A DNA stretch of 64,000 nt from a virus. Location of the stretch: positions 54,696 through 118,695 of the IMG/VR virus record IMGVR_UViG_3300009551_000003; one strand, 5' to 3'. Each line of letters starts with the position of its first letter. The stretch's first letter is position 1. The position numbers and the translations under genes are program-made. The notes below the pieces were generated by a model. The model was not told the DNA's origin, made no database searches, and saw only the letters and a program-made list of their open reading frames with translations. Shown piece by piece: positions 7,698 through 16,970 of the stretch.

Positions 7698-9718
7698 GTG
7701 TATCCGCAGATAAATTCTATATTGATGATCTCACGGGCGACCTCTATCTGCACGAGAATGGCGCGTGGGCTCTAAAAGGGACTGTCAAAGCAGGCGGGGG
7801 AGGCGGCTCGGGTAGTGGACCTCCAGACGAGAGCACTGTAATTCCGGGAGGCGGCTCGACGGGCGAGGTGACTGGCCCATCCGTAGCTGTTGACGGGACA
7901 CCAGCCGTTTTCAATGGCGTCAGTGGCAAAGTCATCAAGAACATTTCTTTTTCGGCTTTCAAAACATCGCTTGCGCTAACGCAATCCGATGTCGGTCTCG
8001 GCAATGTCGATAACACATCCGATGCCAACAAGCCGGTCTCGACCGCAACGCAAGCTGAGTTCGCTTCGCTCACCAAAGCTAGTGTTGGTCTAGCCAATGT
8101 GGATAACACGTCTGACACCGCTAAGCCGATCTCGACCGCGACGCAAACCGCGCTCGACGCGAAAGTAGCCGGGCCAGTCAGCGTCACTGATGGCCTGCCA
8201 GTCTTGTTCGACGGCGTGACTGGCAAGCTGATAAAGAGCGTGGCGTTCACAGACTTCAAGACCTCGCTGTCGCTTGTTAAGGCAGATGTCGGTCTCAGCA
8301 ATGTGGACAACACGTCTGATGCAACCAAAAACGCTGCCTCTGTTGCATTGACCAACCACGCCTTCGATGCTTCGCTTAACACCTTGAGCAAGCTCGACAC
8401 GACGATGTTCGCTACGAACGTCATCGACACGGATGTTGCTCTTACCGCCAACAGCAATACGAGGTTGCCGACACAGGCCGCAGTCAAGGCGGCTATCAAT
8501 GCGTTGCTCGGAGCTAACGACGCCGAAGTCTACAAGGGCGTGATCGACTGCTCAGTTAATCCGAACTATCCCGCCGCCGATGCGGGTTTCGTCTATCGGG
8601 TCAGCGTTGCCGGTAAGATTGGCGGCGCGAGCGGAATCAACGTCGAGGTTAGTGATCGCCTGCAATGTATCGTAGACGGGACTGCGGCCGGCAATCAAGC
8701 TACTGTCGGCGCGAATTGGTGGATCACACAAGCTAACATTGATGGCGCTGTTGTCGGTCCGGCAAGCGCGGTGGACGCTACGCCGGCCGTATACGATGGC
8801 ACGACCGGCAAGTTGATAAAGAATGTCAGCTACTCGACTTTTAAGACGAGTCTCGCACTTGTCAAAGGCGATGTCGGGCTCGGCAACGTTGTCAACCTAG
8901 ACACCTCGACGCAAGCCAATGTGTCATTCACTGGCCTCAGTGCGGCGGCTGCGGCAGCCGACGCGGACACGATCCCTGTTAACCAAGGGGCCGGAAATCT
9001 CAAGCAAACGTTTACTGCGATCAAGACATGGATCAAAGGATGGATTGTCAAGGCTGACGTTGGCCTCGGCAATGTGGACAATACATCCGACGCTACGAAG
9101 AACTCGGCCGCCGTCACGCTAGCGAATAAGGTGATGGACTTTGCCAACAATACGATTTCGAACATCACGCTCGCGATGTTTGCTACCAATGTGGCTGATA
9201 CGGATGGGACGCTTGCGGCGAACAGTGACACTCGGGTCGCGACACAGAAAGCTACGAAGACCGCGATTGCTGCTTCAGTCAAGACAGTCGTTGCTTTTCG
9301 TGCTGACTTTGGGGGCACACCTAACACTATTTCCACTACTGGTACGATCACTTTTAAGACCGTGCCATTCAACAACAAAGTGTTCGAGGTCGGTGGCTCA
9401 CACTACAACCCTTCGACATTTCAATGGACGCCCCCCGCTGGCGTAGTCGCCCTATCTGCGGTTATTGCGACAGCGTCCCCAATTGCCTATACAAGCTCCA
9501 ACTACGTCCTCCCCGCCATTTTTAAGAACGGTGTGCGTATCACCGAAGGCATCCAACAAGGGAATGCGACCACTAACGATCCGACAGGGACAGGCGTGTT
9601 GGTTGTGGACTTGGCGAATGGCACAGATGTTTATGATGTGCGGGCTGTAGTCCAAGCAACGGGGACGATCATTTTGGATGGCGTCGTTTGTTTCTTCGGC
9701 GGTTACGTCGTAAATTGA
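7694..9718 (+). CDS. fibre protein with VGL(G/A/S)NVDNTSD repeats
   Basis: About five VGL.NV.N repeats, three GP....D..P..(F/Y).G..GK.IK repeats and a beta-rich C-terminal knob; GTGA overlap start. Confidence 0.75.
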   Translation: MSVSADKFYIDDLTGDLYLHENGAWALKGTVKAGGGGGSGSGPPDESTVIPGGGSTGEVTGPSVAVDGTPAVFNGVSGKVIKNISFSAFKTSLALTQSDVGLGNVDNTSDANKPVSTATQAEFASLTKASVGLANVDNTSDTAKPISTATQTALDAKVAGPVSVTDGLPVLFDGVTGKLIKSVAFTDFKTSLSLVKADVGLSNVDNTSDATKNAASVALTNHAFDASLNTLSKLDTTMFATNVIDTDVALTANSNTRLPTQAAVKAAINALLGANDAEVYKGVIDCSVNPNYPAADAGFVYRVSVAGKIGGASGINVEVSDRLQCIVDGTAAGNQATVGANWWITQANIDGAVVGPASAVDATPAVYDGTTGKLIKNVSYSTFKTSLALVKGDVGLGNVVNLDTSTQANVSFTGLSAAAAAADADTIPVNQGAGNLKQTFTAIKTWIKGWIVKADVGLGNVDNTSDATKNSAAVTLANKVMDFANNTISNITLAMFATNVADTDGTLAANSDTRVATQKATKTAIAASVKTVVAFRADFGGTPNTISTTGTITFKTVPFNNKVFEVGGSHYNPSTFQWTPPAGVVALSAVIATASPIAYTSSNYVLPAIFKNGVRITEGIQQGNATTNDPTGTGVLVVDLANGTDVYDVRAVVQATGTIILDGVVCFFGGYVVN

Positions 9719-9777
9719 TGCAAAAACCCTTGTGTGGCGCATCTTTCTTGCGATTCACACGTCTATAGTTTTGCAGC

Positions 9778-9817
9778 GTAATCGCTAGTTGTTCTTAATT
9801 AAGAGCCCTGATAATCT
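9778..9817 (+). promoter_or_regulatory. putative late promoter, GTAATCGCTAG-TTGTTC-N17-TAATCT
   Basis: 17-mer GTAATCGCTAGTTGTTC is identical at 9778 and 13717, with the core repeated at 37180; each is followed by a 17-nt spacer and TANNNT. Confidence 0.65.
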
Positions 9818-9940
9818 AACGGCACAATTTGGACAGCCGTCCGCAAGCCGAATGTCGGCGATTCGCACGGCATCCCTTTGATCCAGACACCTCCATGGGG
9901 ACGGTGCTGACACCCTACCCCCATTCAAACGAGGCACGTC

Positions 9941-11038
9941 ATGGTGAACGTTTCGACCCAAATCGCGGATGTCATTGTCCCCGCAGTCTTCACGCCGTAT
10001 ACCCAACAGCTTACGATGGAGAAGACCGCGATCATCCAGAGTGGCATCGCTGCCCGGGACGATTTTCTCGACAACTTGCTTGCCGGCGGCGGCCTGACCT
10101 TCACGGTCCCGTCTTGGCAGGACATCGGCGACCCGGCCGAAAACGTGTCGAGCGATGACCCGAACTCGACCTCCAACCCCAACATCACCCAGACGTCGGC
10201 CGAAGTCGCTGTACGCCTTTCGCGTAACGCTTCTTGGAGCACGATGCGCCTCACGACCGCTCTGGCCGGGTCCGACCCGATGCAGAGCATCGCGTCCCGC
10301 GTCTCGGACTATTGGGTCCGTCGCCTTCAGCGCGCGTTCGTCGCGGTCGCCAACGGCATCTTCGCGAACAACGCATTGAACGACCCGACCTTGGGCCGTT
10401 CGGGCAACGTCGGTAGCAACGCTGCTTACGGCAAGAAAGGCGACCTGACCAACGACATCTCTGGTGTGAGCTTCGTGGCCGGCGTTACCAACTTCTCGGC
10501 CCCGGCGTTTATCGACACCACGACCCTGCTTGGCGATGCGGCCAATGACGTGACCGCAACGTTCATGCACTCGGTTGTGTACTCGACCGCCAAGAAAAAC
10601 AACCTGATCGACTTCATCCCGGATTCGGAAGGCAAGGTTGATATTCCGACCTTCCTCGGTCTCCGAGTGATCGTGGACGACGGCATGCCGAACCCCGCTG
10701 GCGACCCCAGCAACGGAGCGCAGACCGCCGCCGGCATCTATCACACGTGGCTCGTTGGGCCTGCCTCATTCCGTCTCGGCGTGGGCACCCCGATCGTCCC
10801 GACCGAAGTCTTCCGCTTCCCGGACCGTGGTAACGGCGCCGGTTCGGACATCCTCTACAACCGCGTCGAATGGTGTATCCATCCGGTCGGTCACGCCTAC
10901 GTCGGTTCGCCGGCTCTGGAAGGTGGCCCCACCAACGCCGCGACCGCGAACAACCTCGCCCATCAGAACTCGTGGGTTCGTGTGTTCCCCGAGCGCAAGC
11001 AGATCAAGCTTGCCCGCCTGATCACCCGCGAGAGCTAA
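9941..11038 (+). CDS. major capsid protein
   Basis: TQIADVIVPAVF..Y, GG.TFTVPSW, IPTFLGLRVIVDDGMP and WVRVFPERKQIKLARL are typical siphovirus coat motifs; GAGG RBS; strong codon bias. Confidence 0.9.
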   Translation: MVNVSTQIADVIVPAVFTPYTQQLTMEKTAIIQSGIAARDDFLDNLLAGGGLTFTVPSWQDIGDPAENVSSDDPNSTSNPNITQTSAEVAVRLSRNASWSTMRLTTALAGSDPMQSIASRVSDYWVRRLQRAFVAVANGIFANNALNDPTLGRSGNVGSNAAYGKKGDLTNDISGVSFVAGVTNFSAPAFIDTTTLLGDAANDVTATFMHSVVYSTAKKNNLIDFIPDSEGKVDIPTFLGLRVIVDDGMPNPAGDPSNGAQTAAGIYHTWLVGPASFRLGVGTPIVPTEVFRFPDRGNGAGSDILYNRVEWCIHPVGHAYVGSPALEGGPTNAATANNLAHQNSWVRVFPERKQIKLARLITRES

Positions 11039-11069
11039 GGCTCTCCGGACTGACGAGACTACCCTCTTC

Positions 11070-11103
11070 GGGGCGGCGGACAAACCGCCGCCCCTTCTCT
11101 TTG
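11070..11103 (+). terminator. intrinsic terminator after capsid gene
   Basis: GGGGCGGCGG-ACAAA-CCGCCGCCCC then TTCTCTTT. Confidence 0.65.
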
Positions 11104-11114
11104 TGGAGATCACC

Positions 11115-11339
11115 ATGCCGAATCAACTCAGCGGACAGAGCGGGCATAGCCCTCAGTGCCACGAGAACCACAAACGACACGACAAGTTTGCTCGTGCTCG
11201 CCACACTGATCAACTCGCGGCTTTTCTTGCTGCGCAGGCGACCCGTCTCGGGACCACCTCTGCGATCGTCTTCGCCAAGCTGGAGAAGTACGGCGCCAAT
11301 CGCGTCAAGGGCGCGGCCAATCTTGCCGCACTTCCGTAA
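11115..11339 (+). CDS. hypothetical small protein
   Basis: GGAG RBS before ATG; 74 aa. Confidence 0.6.
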   Translation: MPNQLSGQSGHSPQCHENHKRHDKFARARHTDQLAAFLAAQATRLGTTSAIVFAKLEKYGANRVKGAANLAALP

Positions 11340-11488
11340 GCAAATGACAGCTTTGCTCGGGAGCTTGAACGGGTCCAGAGGGGGGACTTCCGGCCCGATC
11401 GTTTTCGAGTAATGCGCCCGGAGCCGCGACTTCGCATCGCGGCTCCGGGTGACCAATTCACTACCCTCCTAACCCCCAAGAGGATACC

Positions 11489-12157
11489 ATGGCTAACGAA
11501 GACATTAAGAAGGCACTTGCGGAACTTGATTCGAGTAACGACGCCCATTGGACCGATGATGGTCTTCCCCGGGTTGACGTGATCCAAGTGCTTCTGAAAG
11601 ACCCCACCATCAAACGCAAGGATGTCAGCGAAGCGTCGCCCGGATTCTCGCGTGCCGCGACCGAGGCTGTTACCGAGCCGGAAGACGTGCAACCGGGTGA
11701 TCCGACTGAAGCCGTTGCAGCAACTCCGCCGCCGGCTGACGCCGATCTCGAACACGATGACGGCCTCAACCTCGATCCGAAAGACCCGCTGTCCGATGTC
11801 GCTCGTCTCGACAAAAGCGATCTGCGCGAAGCAATGCTGAATCGTATCACGGCGGCAGAAGCTCGCTGGGACGCGGCTAAGCAGGCCACGTATGAGGCGG
11901 CCGAATACGAAAAGAAGTGTATGGCTTGGGCTGATAAGGCGAAGCTCGACTTCAATCGCGTCTTCCCGCCGCTGCATCCTTCCGACGCGATCAAAGCCCA
12001 TCTTCAGAACCAACTCGAACAGCGTTACATCGCGGCCGGTCAACTGCCCCCGACGCCCGGCAACATGAACCCGGCGCTCTCTCCGCTCGAAGTCTCTTTG
12101 ATGGGACGCAAGCGAGCGGGGCGTGTCTATCGGCAACCCGCCGTCACCGCGCACTGA
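11489..12157 (+). CDS. virion-region protein with D..WT..GLP N-terminal domain (FluMu-N/HI1506-like) and acidic linker
   Basis: AGAGGA RBS; LDSSNDAHWTDDGLPRVD motif; position after the capsid gene. Confidence 0.65.
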   Translation: MANEDIKKALAELDSSNDAHWTDDGLPRVDVIQVLLKDPTIKRKDVSEASPGFSRAATEAVTEPEDVQPGDPTEAVAATPPPADADLEHDDGLNLDPKDPLSDVARLDKSDLREAMLNRITAAEARWDAAKQATYEAAEYEKKCMAWADKAKLDFNRVFPPLHPSDAIKAHLQNQLEQRYIAAGQLPPTPGNMNPALSPLEVSLMGRKRAGRVYRQPAVTAH

Positions 12158-12175
12158 AGCGGCTAAGAGGCCGCA

Positions 12176-12811
12176 ATGGCATTCCGCCCCGCACTCAACC
12201 GCAGGCTCGCAGGACAAGGCCCCCTTCAAGCCGCGCTGTTTCGTGCGCGGCAGAAGCGGACCGTGCGAGGGTCATTCTACGGCACAACTTGGAATACAGC
12301 CGACAAGGGGACTACGATCTCGTTGTCGGCTGACAAGCTAACCGCAACTGGATCAGCCGGAAGCGGTAAGGTACGCGGCAGCACATCGCGAAGTTCGGGC
12401 AGACTGTACCTCGAATTTTCGAGTATCACACAAGTCGGTGCCCAAGGTGTCATTGGTTTTGGCAACGCGTCGGCGTCACTCAACGATGCTGTACTCGCTA
12501 ACACCATAGGTGTCGAGCCTAATGGCGCTTTGCTTCCGGGCGGTTCACTCGGATCAAACCCGGCTGGTCATGTTCTCAGGTGCGTGATCGATATCGGGCG
12601 CGGGCTTGCGTGGTTCTGCGAAGATAGCGGCAACTGGAATGGCTCTCCCAGTGCCAGCCCGGCTACGGGTGCGGGCGGCAAGTCTTTCAACATCAGTGGC
12701 CCTCTTTTTCCTCTGGCCTTCCTCCAGACTGGCGGCACCGTCAAGATCAACTCCGGCAACGCAGCGTTCGCGTTCTCAGTGCCATCCGGCTGTTCGCCGT
12801 GGGGAGTCTAA
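12176..12811 (+). CDS. SPRY/B30.2-like (ConA-like) domain virion protein
   Basis: WN.ADK...ISLS...LTAT, SSGRLYLEF, VIGFG, CVIDIG.G.AWF, NSG...FAF.VPSG..PW. Confidence 0.65.
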   Translation: MAFRPALNRRLAGQGPLQAALFRARQKRTVRGSFYGTTWNTADKGTTISLSADKLTATGSAGSGKVRGSTSRSSGRLYLEFSSITQVGAQGVIGFGNASASLNDAVLANTIGVEPNGALLPGGSLGSNPAGHVLRCVIDIGRGLAWFCEDSGNWNGSPSASPATGAGGKSFNISGPLFPLAFLQTGGTVKINSGNAAFAFSVPSGCSPWGV

Positions 12812-12814
12812 TCA

Positions 12815-13720
12815 ATGGCGTCCTCTGTCTTCTCAGTACAAGATGAAACCGGCACCGTCTATCAATTGACGGCGGACGTTGCGCCAGCGCTACCCGTCGC
12901 TGTAGGCGATACAGGAAACTATGTCGGGCAGCCTGATGATGGCACGGATGGCTTCACGCTGCCGGCCTCCGTGACGAGCGGCTTTCAGGTCACTCAGGTC
13001 TTCACTTCAACTCAGTTCTCAATCCGCACGCTGATCCAGAGCGGCGCTGACTGGCCTCGGTCTGGCACTGTCACGTGGCTCACGGGTGCGAACGCGACCG
13101 TCAACACGACGATCGTCGAAATCGATCCTGCCAATGCGTATATCGATACTGTATTCTACAAGAAGTATTTCGCGAGCCGGGGTATCGACACTGGCACGCC
13201 CACGAAAGCCGCCTTGTGCGGCGCGATCGTTACGGCAACCGACTATCTCAATCAGAAGTACCGATACCGTGGCATCAAACTTGTGCAGCGTGTCGGACAG
13301 GATTTCTCAGATGCCAACGCGGTTTTCCTTGAGCCGTGGCTCACGCCGTATGCGCTCAACGGTCTCGCGATCCTGACGCCCTCGACCACACCGCAGGCTA
13401 CAGAATTTCCTCGACAAGGCGTCGTCGATAACAACGGTGACACGGTCAACGGAATCCCACTGGTGCTAAAGATGGCGTGTGCCGAACTTTCTTTTCGCGT
13501 GCTAAACGGAGTCAAGCTTCAGGCTGACTTTGACACATCTCTCGGCGGCCAAGGCGGCGTCGTTTCCTCGATCACCGAAGAGATCGGCCCTATCAAAACC
13601 ACCACCGCTTACGATACGAAGCTCGGACTTGGGTTCTTCGCGTCGTTCCCGCAAATTGATCGAATGCTCAGCAAAGCCGGGCTCCTCGTGTCCAATAGCG
13701 GTCGGACTGTGATGCGGTAA
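12815..13720 (+). CDS. head-tail adaptor (DnaT-like domain) with N-terminal extension
   Basis: PANAYID...YF..RG...AIV.ATDYL, EFPR, IP..LK.ACAEL, EEIGPI.T. Confidence 0.7.
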   Translation: MASSVFSVQDETGTVYQLTADVAPALPVAVGDTGNYVGQPDDGTDGFTLPASVTSGFQVTQVFTSTQFSIRTLIQSGADWPRSGTVTWLTGANATVNTTIVEIDPANAYIDTVFYKKYFASRGIDTGTPTKAALCGAIVTATDYLNQKYRYRGIKLVQRVGQDFSDANAVFLEPWLTPYALNGLAILTPSTTPQATEFPRQGVVDNNGDTVNGIPLVLKMACAELSFRVLNGVKLQADFDTSLGGQGGVVSSITEEIGPIKTTTAYDTKLGLGFFASFPQIDRMLSKAGLLVSNSGRTVMR

Positions 13721-13756
13721 TCGCTAGTTGTTCGGGAGCTAAGGTCTAGGTACAAT
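13717..13756 (+). promoter_or_regulatory. second copy of putative late promoter (TTGTTC-N17-TACAAT)
   Basis: Same 17-mer as at 9778; the -10 overlaps the ATG at 13755. Confidence 0.55.
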
Positions 13757-14123
13757 GGCACAGTTTGACTATGCGAGAGTGCGTGGCACCGCCGACAGAC
13801 TTCTACAGAAGTTCGGCATGTCGGCAGTTCTTCGTAGAGAGGGAGTAGCCGACCGCCCCTGTGTTGTGGCGATCATCGATTATCTCCCGCGCGAAAAAGC
13901 AAGTAGCTTGGCGAATCCGACCGATCGGCGCGTGCTGATTTCAGCGGACACTCCCGAGGTGCAGGCGACACCGCCAAACAACGAGCTTGATCAATTGGTG
14001 ACGTTCGTCCAACCCCCCTCGGACACGCCAGTCGAGAATGAGGTTCTGCCGTTTCTGGAGCCGATCAAACTGTATTCGCCGGCCGGGGTTCCGGTTCTTT
14101 ATGAAGGGCGAGTTCGACAATGA
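13755..14123 (+). CDS. head closure/head-tail joining protein
   Basis: FDYARVRGTADRLLQKFG N-terminus and SPAGVPVLYE..VR C-terminus; synteny. Confidence 0.7.
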   Translation: MAQFDYARVRGTADRLLQKFGMSAVLRREGVADRPCVVAIIDYLPREKASSLANPTDRRVLISADTPEVQATPPNNELDQLVTFVQPPSDTPVENEVLPFLEPIKLYSPAGVPVLYEGRVRQ

Positions 14124-14626
14124 CGGCGGCAGTTGATCGGCGCGTCCTGATCCTTCAGGAGCTTGAAGCGCTCTTGAGTAATTTGGACATCGAATTGACG
14201 ACGGGGCGCATCCCGGCTGGTAACTTCGTCCGTAACCGGAACGCGTTGCCGAAGGAATTAGTCCCGGGAGTAATCCTCATTGACGGAGACGAGGCCCCTG
14301 ATCCTCGATTCCGGCAGATGCAGCAAGGACGCCAAGGTGGCATCCCGGCGCAGATCATGAAGATGACTCCAGAAATCTACGTCGTGCTCGACGTGCGCAA
14401 GCCGGCGAACAAGAATGTGGGCGAAGATTTGTCTATCGCGCGAATCGCGATCATGAAAGCGATCTTGGGAGATAAGACGCTTAGCACGATCGTCGGAGCG
14501 AACGGGGACATCACTTACAGCGGATGCGTCACCGATCTGGCCCGCAACCGACAGATGGAAGGCCAGATGGGTATGATCTTCTCGTATTCATACCCATGGC
14601 TGCCCGGCGAGATTATCGAGCTTTAA
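14120..14626 (+). CDS. tail terminator-like protein
   Basis: Size, synteny before the major tail gene and ATGA coupling. Confidence 0.55.
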   Translation: MTAAVDRRVLILQELEALLSNLDIELTTGRIPAGNFVRNRNALPKELVPGVILIDGDEAPDPRFRQMQQGRQGGIPAQIMKMTPEIYVVLDVRKPANKNVGEDLSIARIAIMKAILGDKTLSTIVGANGDITYSGCVTDLARNRQMEGQMGMIFSYSYPWLPGEIIEL

Positions 14627-14641
14627 CGCGGAGAGACGAAC

Positions 14642-15217
14642 ATGCCGAACCTTGGGAATGAGATCATCGAAGGCTCTCTGCTTTCGCCGAACATCGGCAA
14701 CTATTACATCGGCAAGGGTATCGTCAGCATCAAGTTGCTTGGCGAATCGAAGTACGTCGACTGCGGCAACTGCCCGCAGTTCGAGTTCACCGCGAAGGTA
14801 ACGCAACTGGATCACTACAGTTCGCGAACCGGCGTCCGCGTGAAGGACTTCACGGCGGTTATTGAGATCGCGGGCTCCCTCAACATCGTGCTCGAAGAGT
14901 TGACCGCCCGCAACATGGGCTTCGGTTTGCTTGGGTTGCCTTTCGGCGGACCGTCGCCGGCACCCGACACGATCGATATTTTCTCGAACCCGGTTATTTA
15001 CGGGTCAGTGAAATTCCAAGGCACCAACGTCATCGGCCCGGTCTACACGGTGACCTTCCCGCTCGTCAAGCTCTCGCCCTCGAAGGCGCTCGGCTTGATC
15101 CAGAATCAGTGGGGCACGATTGACCTCGACGGCGACGTGCTGTTCGATCAGGTGCTCCAGAGCTTCGGCACCGCGACTGTCACTCAGCCGACCTCGCCGT
15201 CCCAGCTTCTCGGCTAA
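14642..15217 (+). CDS. major tail tube protein
   Basis: NYYIGKG, D.GNCPQFEFT, LDHYSSRTGVRVKD, LEELTARNM; GGAG RBS. Confidence 0.85.
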   Translation: MPNLGNEIIEGSLLSPNIGNYYIGKGIVSIKLLGESKYVDCGNCPQFEFTAKVTQLDHYSSRTGVRVKDFTAVIEIAGSLNIVLEELTARNMGFGLLGLPFGGPSPAPDTIDIFSNPVIYGSVKFQGTNVIGPVYTVTFPLVKLSPSKALGLIQNQWGTIDLDGDVLFDQVLQSFGTATVTQPTSPSQLLG

Positions 15218-15314
15218 ACTTCGGCCCGAGACATGGCTTTGATAAACGGCGGCTGCCCCACGGCTGCCGCCGCTACTGTAATACCCCTCCCCAAACCGTA
15301 GAAGGAAGTTCCCC

Positions 15315-15749
15315 ATGACCAATCTCTATGCTCCGACCTCTGATGAAGCCCAGAACGTTCAAGACCCCGGCGCTGACCCGGCCGTAGCCGCCAGTGAGGG
15401 GGCGCCGGAAGTCGCTGCCGAATCACCGGCCGAACCGGAAGCCGCCTCAGAGGCCCCGGGAGCCTCCTCAGAAGCCATTCCGGAACAAGATTATTCAGAC
15501 GAAGACCCGCAGACAGGAGCCCCGGGAAGCCCGGAAGCTCTCACGGCTGCCTCAAAGATCGTCCCGGAAGCTCCGGGAGCCCCGGGCGGCCCAGAAGCCG
15601 CTCAGGACTTCTCCGACCCGGAAGCTGAAGAGGGTGACGGTCGATACGGTCTTCAGGATTTCCATCCCTCCCGTCTCCCTGTAGGGCATCGGCCGCCGCC
15701 GGCCGGACCCGTAGAGATCGACTACAGCAACGACGATAGCAAGGCCTGA
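15315..15749 (+). CDS. acidic Pro/Ala/Glu-rich low-complexity protein
   Basis: AAGGAAG RBS; EAPGA/GAPG repeats. Confidence 0.6.
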   Translation: MTNLYAPTSDEAQNVQDPGADPAVAASEGAPEVAAESPAEPEAASEAPGASSEAIPEQDYSDEDPQTGAPGSPEALTAASKIVPEAPGAPGGPEAAQDFSDPEAEEGDGRYGLQDFHPSRLPVGHRPPPAGPVEIDYSNDDSKA

Positions 15750-15798
15750 TCGGAATCCCCCTGTCAGGCGTCCCCCACTGCCCAAGGAAACTAATCGA

Positions 15799-16257
15799 AT
15801 GTCAAGTCAAGGTTTGAGCCTCCGCGATATCGCGAAGCTCCACGAAGATGTCAAGATCGGCGATGCCGAGGATCAGTTCGTTCGCGTCAACGGGCTTTCA
15901 GCCCAAGTTGCTCTTGCAATTTTGAATCGTTATCCAGCCGTGCTCGGTAAAGCACTGGAGGGAGAAGGTTTCAAGTTCGCGGACGCCATCAAAGCGGCGC
16001 CGGAAGTTCTTTCGTCGATCATCGTCGCCGGCACAGGCGGCAAGTTTGATGACGAAGAGGCCCTTGAAGACGCGAGCGCGCTCCCTCTTGAAGTCCAGAT
16101 GGACGTTCTCGAAGCCATTGGGAGGCTGACCTTCAGGAGTGGGTTCGGCCCTTTCGTTCGGAGAATCGTGGCGCTCGCCGAAGCCGCCCAGCGCGGCGGA
16201 AACGACACCTATGGAAGGGTCCCGGATATGAAATCGCCGCAGGAATATCACTCCTGA
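15799..16257 (+). CDS. tail assembly chaperone (G)
   Basis: Between the tail tube and tape measure genes; FGPF motif encoded by slippery C CCT TTC at 16149-16155. Confidence 0.8.
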   Translation: MSSQGLSLRDIAKLHEDVKIGDAEDQFVRVNGLSAQVALAILNRYPAVLGKALEGEGFKFADAIKAAPEVLSSIIVAGTGGKFDDEEALEDASALPLEVQMDVLEAIGRLTFRSGFGPFVRRIVALAEAAQRGGNDTYGRVPDMKSPQEYHS

Positions 16258-16448
16258 TTTCCAAGGGACACGATTCGGAAAAAGTCTGGGACTACACACC
16301 TCGCATGATCGCGGCGTATTGTTTTCTACTCTCGCGGCAGCAAGACATGGACAGTCATCGGCTTGTTGGAATCAGTGTCATGGCTCAGGCATCCGGTGAC
16401 AAGGAAGTCAAGGATCAGCTTGATCTTTGGGAGGATGAAGCCGAATGA
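16149..16448 (+). CDS. -1 frame extension of tail assembly chaperone (GT product 15799-16448)
   Basis: -1 frame is open from the slippery heptamer to TGA 16446-16448 and encodes IAAGISLLISKGHDSEKVWDYTPRMIAAY. Confidence 0.75.
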   Translation, partial: PFRSENRGARRSRPARRKRHLWKGPGYEIAAGISLLISKGHDSEKVWDYTPRMIAAYCFLLSRQQDMDSHRLVGISVMAQASGDKEVKDQLDLWEDEAE

Positions 16449-16969
16449 CCCTCGAACTAACACTCACAATTGACGCGGCGAAATTCAAGAACGATATCGA
16501 CGCTGCGGCCGAGGGGTTCGATTCGGCTTTGAGCGCTACGAAGAACATCATCGCCTCCATGATCCTCGATCAGAGCACGACGGACATCAGTAACGCGGGG
16601 AAGTTCGGCGAAAATTATTTGACCGGACTGAAAGTCACAGTAGACGGAGATCAGATCACCACTACACTTGATTCTCCCGGGGCGAGTATCTTTGAAGACG
16701 GCGGCATCATTACTGGGGACCCTCTTCTCTGGATTGGAATAAGCGGCACTGACGCGGAGGGCGTTCAAGCAAGCGCGTATGGTGATAAACTGTTTTCGGT
16801 CAATCGAAAATCAGGTGGGGCACCGCTTCTATTCTCCATCACTGATAAGCAGCCGAAATACTTCGGCATCTCCAGCGTAACAATCCCCAAGAAATTCCAC
16901 CTCAAGGAAATCCAATTGAGCGTGATGGAGAACTTCAAGGCTGTTTTTCAAAGCGCGCTGAAAGACTAA
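16445..16969 (+). CDS. tail completion/neck-type protein
   Basis: ASIFEDGG.I.G..LLWI and SVTIPKKFHL motifs; ATGA coupling. Confidence 0.55.
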   Translation: MTLELTLTIDAAKFKNDIDAAAEGFDSALSATKNIIASMILDQSTTDISNAGKFGENYLTGLKVTVDGDQITTTLDSPGASIFEDGGIITGDPLLWIGISGTDAEGVQASAYGDKLFSVNRKSGGAPLLFSITDKQPKYFGISSVTIPKKFHLKEIQLSVMENFKAVFQSALKD

Positions 16970-16970
16970 A

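Noticed and set aside
9785-10744. Long antisense ORFs opposite real genes (also 17640-18566, 31597-32517, 35186-36100, 51572-52738)
   Set aside because: Expected shadows of GC-rich codon bias; no RBS or recognisable motifs
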